Positions 28,560 to 41,127 of a stretch of 64,000 nucleotides of DNA are shown piece by piece. Made by a program: the position numbers and the translations under genes. A model generated the notes under the pieces. The model made no database searches, was not told the origin of the DNA, and saw only the letters and a program-made list of their open reading frames with translations. The stretch comes from the human T2T-CHM13v2.0 reference genome, Homo sapiens, in assembly GCF_009914755.1 (NCBI RefSeq), contig NC_060928.1; one strand, given 5' to 3'. How positions within the stretch are numbered: position 1 is the first letter of the stretch; every line of letters starts with the position of its first letter.

Positions 28560-30737
28560 CCATCTGCCTCTTGAGAGAGAGAGAAGTGGGCATCCTTCCT
28601 TTAAATTCAGGAACCACTGTTGTTTTATTTGACTTTTTCTGTTACTTGCATCCCTTATATAAGTTGTTTTGGATTTGGGACTATGTTTTGGGGGAGAAAA
28701 ACTCCAGTTAGTTCTGTTTTTTGTATTGGTTATTCAGCTTACTTTTGGTATCAAAATTATGCCAGTTTTAAGCTCACTTGAGTGAAGTTTAAGTCACAAG
28801 ATTCTGTTTAACATGCTTTCCTTGTTTTGGAAACAACCAAAAACTTCCCTTTTTTGTTACGGGATTTTGACCTACAAATCCTAATCATGTTTAAAATGTG
28901 CCGGTGTTGGGTAGATGACTTTTCTGCCTCTGGGGTTCAATTTATATTTAAAGATACCTTAAAATAACTTACTGGCCCATCCCTGCCTTTTTATTTGTTG
29001 TGAAGCTCTGTACCTTGTGTCCACAGCTTTTTACCAGGACCCATATGTCTTGGACCATGGGAAATGAACCCCAAACAAGTACATGTCTCTTCTCCCAGAT
29101 AACAGCATCATTAACAATGGTTCTGATTCACATTGTCTTCTCAGAGTTACCTAGGTGGATTTCTCTACAATATCTGCAAAAAAACCTGCTGAGAATCAAA
29201 GCATTCAGACTTGATCACTTAAAATAACATCCATATCCAAACACATACTTCTGCCAGTTGAGTAAGCCTCTGATTTCTAATGCTGACCTGTTTGTGATGA
29301 GTCAGATTCAGGGCTAGATTACTTTAGTTAGCAGTCACTTCTTGGGGGCAGTTTTCATAGTGAAGGGACAATTTTCAAATCGTATGTATTATAAAGCATG
29401 GACATATATTTTGTTATCTTTCAATTTCATTACCTGTTTGTAGATAGGCTTATTTCCATCTTTACTTTTCAGCTCCATAGTAGGTAGATCATAGAAATAC
29501 CGTTGGTGGCATGAGTTGCCTTTAATCAAGATCCTCAGGAGTGTTCCCCTCTGAATAAGAATGGTAACATATGGTTCCTTTAGACAGTGAAATGAAGAAG
29601 CAACAGTCCCTGCCTCTTGAATCACTTGATTCCTGGAAAGAGATTATTTAGAGCAATTGGATGAACAAGTTGGCAAGCTGCTTTCTTTACTTAGAAACTA
29701 AGTAAATGTAAGTAAAGTCAGATACATGTGAGCCATTAAATGATCAAAATGTCAGCATCAAAAGCCATCCCCTTCATTCTACACTATAATCTGTAAGGAC
29801 AGAAATCTGCTAGTAATGTGACCAGTGGAGTGGGAAAGGAATAGCAGCTCCTTACCAGCTGATGCCAGAGCATGACATCAGTTTTGCAAGTTAAACATGT
29901 AGTTCCTGTTGTGTGAGACTACTGTCATCACTACATATAAGTGACTTTATTCTTAAACTCCCTATTTTGATATTTTAACTTTATTCTATCATTTTAAAAA
30001 CAAATTCTGCATCAGATTATAAATATTTTTTGAGCAGTATTTAAAAATCAAATTAGGCAATATTTAAGTAAGAAATGTATGTCTGTTGTTGCTATTTCCT
30101 TTTTTGTTTTTCTGTTTTAGCTCCCAGAGTAGAGGAAGTTAATATGAACCATGTTAATGGGAGGAGTTGGGGAACTGAGAATATTATCAGTACGTTAGCC
30201 TCAGTCCAGTTACCTAGGGGAACCTGATCATGTACACCTCTGGCCAACCGAGTGCCTTGCCATCTCAATTCCCCTAAGATAGATTGCCATTCATTTGGCA
30301 TTTTACAATAGGCAGTTCTTTTTCTCTAGTGTTGATAAAACTGGTAGATTTTCTCCTGGCTGACCAAGTAAGGGATGTGAAACCATCTTGGGTATAATTA
30401 CTAGCAATAAAAATTACTGGCTTATCTCAAACAAGATTGTGGAAAAGCAAAGCAGGGAGAAGTGAGCCATCTAAACCTGTTTCCATTGGTAATAGGCTTT
30501 TTGTTCTTCATCAATCTTAAACAAATATTAGTTCTTTTCAGATACAGACTCTGCCTTAATACGAGCATAGTCTAGATGGTCTCCTTGAGATTAGCCCAGC
30601 ACACGTGTAAAGGAGAGATCCAACTTTCTCAATGGTTATGCACTGAGCTGGACAGATAGAAACAGGTCCTCACCCCCAATAATTGACCGAACTTCTTTTC
30701 CCGTCAACAGTGCTTATCAAGTTCCTTCTTATTTGGT

Positions 30738-30793
30738 TATCTATCTATCTATCTATCTATCTATTTATTTATTTATTTATTTATTTATTTATT
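30738..30793. repeat. (TATC)n(TATT)n tetranucleotide STR
   Basis: seen directly. Confidence 0.9.
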
Positions 30794-30851
30794 TTTGGCC
30801 TGCTATTGGCCCAGATTATGGGTAAACAGGTCTGGTATCAAACAAATACGT

Positions 30852-31155
30852 GGCTAAGTGTGATGGCTCACACCTGCAATCCCAGCATTTGGGAGGCTGA
30901 GGCCGGTGGATTGTTTGATGTCAGGAGTTTGAAAACAGCCTGACCAACATGGTAAAACCCTGTGTCTACTAAAAATACAAAAATTAGCTAGGCATGGTGG
31001 CGCGTGCCTATAATTCCAGCTACTCAGGAGACTGAGGCAGGAGAATCGCTTGAACACAGGATGCGGAGGTTGCAGTGAGGCAAGGCCGCCCCAGTGCACT
31101 CCAGCCTGGGCGACAAAGCACATCTCCGTCTCAGAAATAATAATAAAATAAAAAA
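30852..31155 (+). mobile_element. AluS element
   Basis: Alu consensus match. Confidence 0.92.
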
Positions 31156-31394
31156 CACAAAAGACTATTAAAGTTTTTTTAAGCCACCTTTAAAACCTTT
31201 TGTTTCACAACTGACTTATCTTCCCACCTGGAGACTGACAGTGATGGCAGTGTGGCTCACTTCAGAGTTCCTAGTGCTTGAATTTTTAAGACCATGGTAT
31301 CTAGTTTTTGCGAAGGATGCCATCTGTCTTTCAGGTCAATCTCCAGCAAGCAACTGGCATACCCAGGGCTGGTGAAGGGATTGCTTGTATTAAT

Positions 31395-31684
31395 TTTTTT
31401 TTTCTTTATTGGACTCTCACTCTGTTGCTTAGGCTGAAGTACAGTGGCATAATCACAGCTCACTGCAGCCTTGACTTCCTTGGTTCAAGCAATCCTCCCA
31501 CCTCAGCCTCCTGAGTAGGTAGGACTATAGACATCAGCAACTATGCCTGGCTAATTTTTTTATTTTTTGTAGGGATGGGGTCTCATGTTGCCCAAGCTGG
31601 TCTCAAACTCCCGGCCGCAAGCATTCCTCCCACCTCAGCTGCCCACAATACTGAGATTACAGGCATGAGCTACTGTGCCCAGGT
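31395..31684 (-). mobile_element. AluJ-like element
   Basis: diverged Alu, antisense. Confidence 0.88.
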
Positions 31685-32048
31685 TGCATGTGCTAATTTG
31701 AGAAGACTAATTGGGAGCCTAGGTGTCTACTCATCTCCCTTTCCTACCTTGCTATTCCTGATTAACAGCTATATATAAATGAGACCTATTGGTTGTCAGT
31801 GGAACATCACGTGAGGTACAAAAGATTTCACATCTGCCTCAAATCAGTTACTTGTAGGGATGTGAGATGAATAGCCTTTCAGTCCATTGTGGAAAGTTTC
31901 TTCCAAAGTTATGGCACCTAGACCGGGGAGGCAAAGGCTATTATAACAAGATTTTTTTGGTCCCTGTCTCACAAAAGAACAAATAAATGTGTGTGTTTGA
32001 GGGTGGGGAACGGGGAGCAGAATAACATTCCATAAAGAGCTGGGCTTA

Positions 32049-32344
32049 GACAGGTGCATTGGCTCAACATCTGTAATCCCAGCACTTTGGGAGGCAGAAG
32101 TGGAAGGATCACTTGAGGCCTGGAGTTTGAAACCAGCCTAGGAAACATAGTGAGACCGTATCTTTAAAAAAATTTTTAAAGTTAGCCAGGCATGGTGGTG
32201 TGTGCCTGTAGTCCTAGCTACTCAGGAGGCTGAGGTGGGAGGATTGCTTGAGCCCAGGAGTTCAAGGCTGCAGTGAGCTAGGATCGTGCCACTGCACTCT
32301 ACCCTGGGCAACAGACCTAGACCCTGTCTCTTATATAAACAAAA
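32049..32344 (+). mobile_element. AluJ-like element
   Basis: TSD aaagagctgggctta. Confidence 0.92.
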
Positions 32345-33527
32345 GAGCTGGGCTTAACTGTGAACAATGTGTTTAGAACTCTGGAGAGTTGCAGTTCTAG
32401 CTTTCCTTGTCTTTTTTTCTTATTCACTCATCCATCTTCCCCCAACCCCTCCTTCCCTCTTTCCAAATACTTTATTGTGTATACTGCACCAGGCCTACAT
32501 TAGGTACTGGGGATTTAGCCATGCACTATGAATTGAACTTGTATAACTCATATAAGCACAGCAACGTTAAGAGTGAAAGAAAGAAAAGGCAAGCCTTTTC
32601 TATGCTAAGTCGTTTGCTGAAGATAGATCATATCCTGAAAAGCAAAAAGGATTCTGCTCCCCACCAGTCACTTTGTCGTGGCTGCTTGCCTAAAGTTGGC
32701 CTTCATTCTGGAGTGTCCTATTGCCTAACAAAATAAGCTATTTCCAAGAAATGGGAGACCAGTTCACTAGGCCTAGGGCTATTCAAACTGCTTTTTTACA
32801 ACCTTACTGTTGTGTAACACAATAAGGTCAACAATTCTGGCATTTGATCTGGTATGAAGGCTATACTTCTAGAGTTAAGAGAAAGGCATTTCATCCTTCT
32901 CATTTCATCCTTAACTCCAGAGGCTCTTAGGAACTAAAAAAGTGAGTTCTCAAATTTCTCTGATAAGACATTCTTGGTTATCTTATTACGCCTTTTAAAG
33001 TAAAACTGGCACAAGGGAGAGTTATGTCTGACATTGGTCTTACATACGAGTACATCATAAAAGCCACTAAATATGGTGAGGGAAAACTTGCTATTTCTTG
33101 ATGCAAGCTGTGCTAAGTAAGCGTGCTCTTCAATTTTTCTCTCCTAATGATTGGCCAAATCCAATTCAAACTGAAAGCAGCAAGGTTTTGGGACTTGGCT
33201 ATATTCAAGCCTTCCCAATTGTATTTCTAGGCTACTTTACAGAACCACACAACTCACTAATTGGGATTTGTAAGACTGGTTCTGGTTTTTCTTGGTCTGA
33301 AACGTGGTATCCAGTCACCATCTGCCCCTTAACCCTGGCTGATCTTGCCAAAGTTCCCTGTCTCTCACACACACAGGCCTCCTGTACCTTAAGTAATATG
33401 AACTTCTAACTAACTAAGCCAACACAGTTGGCTCAGCAACCAGATGAGTGTTCAACTGCTCACTAACATACAGTAAACTCAACTCAATTTCTCCCAGAAA
33501 TTGAAAAAGATGCTGTATTTTTCTAAA

Positions 33528-33545
33528 AGCACCATCTAGTGGCCA
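33528..33545 (-). promoter_or_regulatory. Candidate CTCF binding site
   Basis: minus strand TGGCCACTAGATGGTGCT closely matches the CTCF core consensus. Confidence 0.6.
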
Positions 33546-34626
33546 AAACTCATAGCATTATTTGATAACAGGTATAGGAGACATTCTCCTCAACATAAAG
33601 ACTGAAAGAATTTTCGAGGCTTTAGAAGTAACATTTACATGTTAGACAAAACTTCATGATGTCAAATAGAAAGGGTAAACGTTTGAGATGAGTTAGAAGT
33701 TGAACCCTGTTAAACTGGGGATGCATTCTGCCAGGTTGGTTGTGAGAACCTGTGACATAGTATCTTCGCTTTCCAGTTGAAAATGTGCAAACTACTTTAG
33801 ATAAAGATAAGCTCCTCATCATGTTGGCTGTACATCAGTAGCTTAACCACATTTTCTTCTCAAGTGAAAAGCCACCATGCTGCTTTGGGCACTAATGCTC
33901 AAGCATAACTTGCTTCAGGAAATCTAGGAGTAAATTTAATAGCTTGAAAATTCAGGTTTGTAAAGAGCACAGAGGACACACACAAGTGGCTGACTCTAAT
34001 AACACAGGAGAAAATACATAGTATTTCTTGGGGGCACAAACACCAGTGTCTTAATTCTCTCAAGAACATAGGTTCAGATTCTCTTCAACTTGGCTGAGTG
34101 AAGAGCTACATTCTACCTTCCTTCACAGCCAAAGGTAGCATCAGGAACATTTATGACAAACTGGTCATATTTGACCTTTTACTGACATTTGGGAGCATTC
34201 TGCGTTCCCAGCTTTCCCTTCTCCCTCCAAACTAATACATCGTCTATCTGTAGAGAAAACTTATAGTTCTCTATATAACTAACTTTATATTCATCTCGTA
34301 GAGAATGAAGAAGTAAAATATTTAGCTTCCAGTCTGATCTTCAAGGGCTAGAACATGTTTAGGTTTTTTTTTTTTTTTTTTTTTTTTTGGTTGAATGGAG
34401 GATTAGAGAATAACTACTATCCCCATCAAGTATATTCCCTTGCCTTTCCAGAGGCTTCACGGAGCGACAGGTTTTTTAACCACCAGGAGGCACAAGACAA
34501 TTATGATGCAGAGTGCTCAAGTTTCTGGATCTTGAGTTTGTGATGTGATGCCAAAGTTTAACACAAGTAACTTGGGACAGGCTGAGAATAGTTTCAGGTA
34601 AAAGGAACTAATTGAACAGCAGGAAC

Positions 34627-34902
<276 letters not shown>

Positions 34903-35959
34903 GAACATTCTTAATGAAAAGTTCTACACTGTTCAAGAATACTAGGCTCTTTCTGTCACAAGCCACAGTTCTCTAAGGGCCCACAGTAAGTTGTGAGGAA
35001 GTGGGCTCAGTCCTCTGAAATGGTGGCCAAGGTTTAACAGTGCTTTTGAGGGCCAGGTCTCCAAAACTATCACTGAACTGAACGATGGGTTAAATAAGCT
35101 CTGAGGCATGAGGGCTAGCAGCCCACTATCCCACTTGATTCGGTGTCCCATGAGAAGAATGCTGTGTTCCAAACTAACTTACCAGCAATTTGTAAATGTT
35201 GAAAACCTTAAGACTGAAAAGTGAAAATCCTATTGTCCTCTAACATTCTGCTCAATTTGCAGCTACTGGACTACAAATGAAATACTGACTCTAAACTCAG
35301 TTTTATCCCTAGCTGTCTACATAACACAACTATGTCCTCATCTGTTAAATAGGAGGAAGTTTCATAGTATCTGTATCATTTTACAGATACTATGAACATA
35401 TGCAGTTGTAAACTTCTTAGAGCTCCTACAATTCAGATGAATTAAACAGATGAAGATCAGGATGAGAAATTTTTAAAATGTCTATCTGTGAAGCCAATCC
35501 TTTGCTATCTTCCCTCCCACTCCCTTTACTGACATGTGAGTAAATGCTTCCCATTTAATTGGATTTTAAGGTCATAAAACAGGTAAGTCAACCCTACCAC
35601 AAGAATTTTTTACAAATCAGATGATGACCTGAAAATACTCTTGTTCTGCTAAATCTGAACATTACAAAATGGCTAAAAATGACATTTTAAAGATAGGGGT
35701 CTGAGCCTACTCTCACAAGCAGTCACATTAAGATGTAAATTTACTATTTGGAGGATTCACAGTGCACCAGTGAAAAAATATCACGAAAGAAAAATTCTTA
35801 TGTCTAAAACCTATATCCCTCGATCACATTCAGATCCTCTTCATGTTTTATTTTCAGTAAGTGTATTCTTGGTCTTTCTATTGTTTTCTCTAGTTGAAAT
35901 AGCAGTGCCTAGCCAATCAGGAACCTGTACCTCTTCACAACCAGAAAAAAGTCACAAAA

Positions 35960-37030
35960 ACAAAAGTTAAGGACAACTTTTTATTGCTACCAGAGGCTTT
36001 TATCATCAGTACACAGTTCTGACTGCAATACCTTTTTCAGACTGCAAAGGGAGCTCAGGATCCAGAAGTCATTAAAAGAAACATAAGGCTGGGGAGGCAG
36101 GGGGAGTAAGTTCTATTAGAAAATCCTAATAGCTTAACAAAACTAGGGTACTAAATTCAGTTATAACATGTTACAGACTTAAATCATAGAGCTGCCCCAA
36201 CATCTAGACAGTCTCTCCTACTGATTATAAATGAGTGAAAACTATCAGTTAGAAAAATCTAATTTAAGTTGTTAATACATGTTTCTTTGGTGAGCACCTG
36301 GATATATTTATCACAAATTCTTTTATACAAATGTCGAAAATGCTTTCAACAAACCTAAGTGTCCTAATTACATGCCACTTTTAAGCATCACTTTAAGGTA
36401 AACAAAAATGAAAACCATAATTTTAAATTAAAATTTGAAATGAGACACAAAATCAACCTGGTAATATGAGAACTTTTTCTTTTGCCATCTCTGATTAATA
36501 TGGGACAATTCCAAAGTACCCTTTTCAGACTAATTGGAACTTGAGTCATGGCTGTCACACTGAAATAATTTGTTCATTCAACTGCAGTGAAAATCAATAT
36601 AGATCAACATGCATAAAGTTCAGTAACTATTAAATGGAGAAGCAAGCAAAAGCAACAGGAAAATTAAATCAGGATGCTGAGGGGGAACAGGATTGCTGGC
36701 CATGAATTTTAATTGAATTTTTGACGGGGCAAGCTACGTTACATTATGGCAGAAAAAAAGTGCAACTGACATACTACAAAGAGATTTTTTAAGTTTAAAA
36801 AAAGTTTGGATCTTTTGGATTTCTTTTTTTTTTTTTTGGTCTTTATGTGCTTAAATAACGCTGAATTATAATTAGCCACACAAATAATGAGAGTTTTATT
36901 TTTTTTTTCTGGCTCACTCCAAATCAGCCTGTTAAGGTATATTTCCTTCTACAGCCTTTCCTGATTTTGCATGTTCTCATTCCCAAAGTAGTCTACCTTA
37001 GTTTACACTCAAAGGTAGCACTTGTTGAAA
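35960..37030 (-). other. CCNI: CCNI 3' UTR with tandem polyadenylation signals
   Basis: minus-strand AATAAA at 36895-36900 and 35980-35985, ATTAAA at 36708-36713; U/GU-rich downstream element at about 35945-35965. Confidence 0.7.
35980..35985 (-). terminator. CCNI distal polyadenylation signal AATAAA
   Basis: tttatt on + strand, followed in the transcript by UUUUGUUUUUGUG. Confidence 0.7.
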
Positions 37031-37474
37031 CTACATGACAGAAACAGGCTGCAAAGGTGGACAAGGGGAAGCATGTCCCTCTTGTCTTGATAAATCAGTG
37101 CCACACACAGAACCCACATTTTCTGAGACATTATCTTCATTATAGAGCCGTTTGATTCCATCATAGAAGTCATCCACTTCCATTTCCTCTACTTTGCGTT
37201 TAGTAGAGGTCTGCTTGCACCCACTGGCAGCTGGGAGATGATGGTAAAAGGCTGCTGTACCTCTGACTGGCACTTCTGGCTTGCTGTTGTCCTTGGAGAA
37301 GTCTGGGCCTGGGACAGAGGAGGGATGTAATCTGAACACTCCTTTGTCACAGGTCACCAGGGTGTGCTTGAGGGGACGGTAGACATAAACGGAATTCAGA
37401 GGCAGGGAAGACTGCAGAGTAGAAAGGTGATGTGCCACAAGCTCCCGACAATGGATCAACTGGGAGCTATCCAT
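37031..37474 (-). CDS. CCNI: Cyclin I last coding exon (exon 7, PEST-like tail)
   Basis: cccag|ATGGAT to TAG; 444 nt; the six exons sum to 1134 nt = 377 aa plus stop. Confidence 0.97.
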   Translation of the reverse strand: MDSSQLIHCRELVAHHLSTLQSSLPLNSVYVYRPLKHTLVTCDKGVFRLHPSSVPGPDFSKDNSKPEVPVRGTAAFYHHLPAASGCKQTSTKRKVEEMEVDDFYDGIKRLYNEDNVSENVGSVCGTDLSRQEGHASPCPPLQPVSVM

Positions 37475-38207
37475 CTGGGCCAGGAAAAAAAAAAAGCCAC
37501 ACACAGTTGATCATTAATTAACATAGGCTGCTCTGTTATCTCTGGTGGCCATTTTTCCTCCCTGTGCTTTCCGTCCCCGCTGAGTCTTTTCTCTCCCCAC
37601 ATCTACCTCCAACTCATTTATTTATCCAGCTACCCATCCATCAACATCATCTTAGAAATTAGGTCCAAATCTGTATTTCTAATATAATTATCTTTGGAAC
37701 TTGAGTTTTGTATTTGCAATGTATGCTGAACATTTACATGAGAACAGAAACTACTTTTTTGTATCCAACGTCTGTTTTTTTTTTTTTTTTTTTTTTTTTT
37801 CAGTCTATTCCCCCTGTCTGGAAGGCCCTTCATCCTACTCTCTTGGCCTCTTCTAATTTTTTTCAGTGGAGTCCAAAGTACTCATAAACACATTCATTAA
37901 AAATGTAAGAAGCCAAAGGGCAAAAAAAAAATTTTTTTTAATCAGGGATGAGGAGGGAAGCTAAGAATTTTAAAATAGTAAATGAAAAATTTAGAAATAT
38001 GTATTTTGTAGAAAATAGTAGACTTAGCACTAAGATGAAATGTTTTTGGTAAAGTTTTTAATTTGGGAGTTTTGCTGATTCCTTCTTACCCTTCAGGACA
38101 ATTCACAGATATCAATCCTTTCTGGAGTTACCCCTGACTCCCTCAACACCCCAAAACTCTAAATGCCACGGTCATCTGTTTCTATATCAACCTTTTAACA
38201 TATTTAT

Positions 38208-38513
<306 letters not shown>

Positions 38514-39726
38514 CTAAAACCTTTCAACGTATTTACCACATTTCAGTATAATAATCTATTTAACCATTTAGCCTTTCCATTATAGACTACAAGACCAAAG
38601 GTGTGGCATTGTATTATATTCATCTTTTTATCCCTAAGTTTCTGGCACAATGACTGTACATGGAAGGCCTTTAAATTATTACCTGTAGTAAAGTGTCTCT
38701 CTTCCTCACTTTCAATTACAGCATTGTCAAAATAACCTTAGTTAGCATCATATATTCCTTCCCTGCTCTCTCCAGCGGCACCCCAATGCCTACCAGAAAT
38801 AAGCTAAACTGCTTAGTTTAGTATTAATAAGAATCTCCATAATCTGATCTCAACCTTCTTTTCTAGCCTTATTTCCTAGCATACCCTCAACTTGTGGTCT
38901 ACACTCTTGCTCAACAGTCCTGCTCTATATGATGCACTAATCTTCCCCTTTCTTATTTTACCCTTAATCATCTTATTTCTACCTGTTGAAATTGTATTGC
39001 GCATTCCTTCCAGGACTGGCTAAACACCATCACCTTCAGGAAGCCTATCTTGACCATTTAACTATCAGGGATCACTTTTTTCCAGTTTTGAGTATTCTGG
39101 ACATTTCTGTACCAAGTCTTACTTATCCTCATATAACCTGCAGCACTCACCATGACTGTTTGCAATACCACAGAGAAAATAGGGGAAAATAACGCACTCT
39201 ACAAGAACACATTTGGTCACAAAATTATTTTTATCTCTAAATACATTCACTATTTGTTACTGAAAAATACCAGAGGAAAGAATGGTAAAAGGCTGATGTT
39301 AGTCATTGTATAATACAAATGCAAAGTAACTGAAACTGTCAGAAATATACAAGAAAATGGCAGATTTTAGCATCTACCATAATGTTCACTGATTTTTTTC
39401 CCCTAGTTTGAAAGGCATTAGATAACACACTGTGGGTAAGACACTATTAACTAGTATTAGAATTTGTTCTCCCTCCCTTAAAAGAAAAAAAGTTAACATA
39501 ACACTTAAGATAGTCCCTGAACTATCAAGCTTACATTTAGGCTAGGTCTTATTATATATCCCAGGGATGTAGAACAAGCTGAAACATGCTAAAAACATTG
39601 GAACAAAGCACAGAGAAAGGATGGAGCTTCTGCCAATATTTTAGGAAGCCTAAAAAAAAAAAAAATGAAAGAAACTGGGAGTAAAAAAGGGGCTATAGTG
39701 TAGAAATTATTTCTAAAAAATAAGTA

Positions 39727-40055
39727 CAGTCATCCCACAGTATCCATGGGGGATTAGTTCTAGGATCCCCCAAAAGATAACAAAACCCAACATGCTCAAG
39801 TCTCTTATATAAAATAATGTAGTATTTGCATATAACCCACTCGCATTGTCCTGTATACTTTAAATCATCCCTAGATTACTTATAATACCTAACAGAATGC
39901 CTACACATCACTTCATCTGTGTAGATTCAATGTAGTACTCAGCATGCCACAAATTCCAGGTTTTTTTGGAACTCTGTGAAATTTCTTCCTGAATATTTTC
40001 AATTCACGGTTGGTTGAATCCAGATGCCAAACCCATGGATATGGAGAGCCAACTG
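39727..40055. mobile_element. MER2-like Tigger MITE with TA target duplication
   Basis: ta|cagtcatccc...tatccatggg ... cccatggatat...ccaactg|ta terminal inverted repeats. Confidence 0.8.
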
Positions 40056-40769
40056 TACCTCGTTTAATGAAATGTTCTTTAGCAAATGAATGATATTTAT
40101 TGGCCTAAAAAGGTAAAGGTACCACAAATATTCTAATGCCTTGGTCACTGGGCATAATAAATGCCATGGCAGAATCAATACTATGGCAGAATCCTAAAAA
40201 GACATGTATTTAAGTAAGAGGAAGACTATGTCACTATAATCTTTCTGTGTGAAAAAACGAAGTAAATAGAGTTATATTTTAGCGGTGGGAGACTGACAAG
40301 AAATGATAGAGCTAAAAGACCTTAGAAATTATTCAAAACAAAACCATCCATATGAACTCCACTTCCACCCAAGTCCCAAGTAAGTCTTTTCTCCAAAATA
40401 ACATCAAAATAAATTCCTTCTAATCTAGTACAATCTGAATTTGTTCTATAAGACACCAAAATAATTTGTTCCTTCTTGAGATCCAGTGGAAGAAACAAAA
40501 CAAGCACATATACTGGAACTACCAAAACTCTCGACACCAGACAAGTACTCTAATGGAGTTGATAAAAAGGACTTAAATGAACTCTAATTATAAGGTGTCA
40601 AGAGAATATGTATTATTTTTTATAACAATAAATGACATAAATGGTAGGTCCAGATGGATCCAGGTTTGATGAACAGCATGAAGCACTGAGGAACCTGCTG
40701 GAATAGTCTGACCACAGCCACCTTCAAAAAGAACCAGGAGACTGGTGGGGAGGGGTCTGTTTTTTTGTT

Positions 40770-41127
40770 TTTTTTTTTTTAAATTTGCTTCTTTTTACTT
40801 TTAGATGGTACATGTGCAGGTTTATTAACTAGATATATATTGCATGATGCTGAGGTTTGGAGTACAAGTGATCCTGTCAACCAGGTAGTGAGCACAGTAC
40901 CCAACAGTTTTTCAACCCTTGCTCCCCTCCCTCCCTCCCCCTTCTAGTAGTCCCCAGTTTCTACTGTTGCCATCTTTATGTCCGCGTGTACCCAACGTTT
41001 AGCTCCCACTTGTGAGAACGTGTGGTATTTGGTTTTCTGTTCCTGCGTTAATTCACTCAGGATAATGGCCTCCAGCTGCATCCATGTTGCTGCAAAGGAC
41101 ATGATTTTGTTCTGTTTTATGGCTGCA
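40770..41127 (-). mobile_element. L1P 3' end fragment
   Basis: gtacatgtgcaggttt...ctcccacttgtgagaac...gataatggcctccagctgcatccatgttgctgcaaaggac. Confidence 0.85.
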
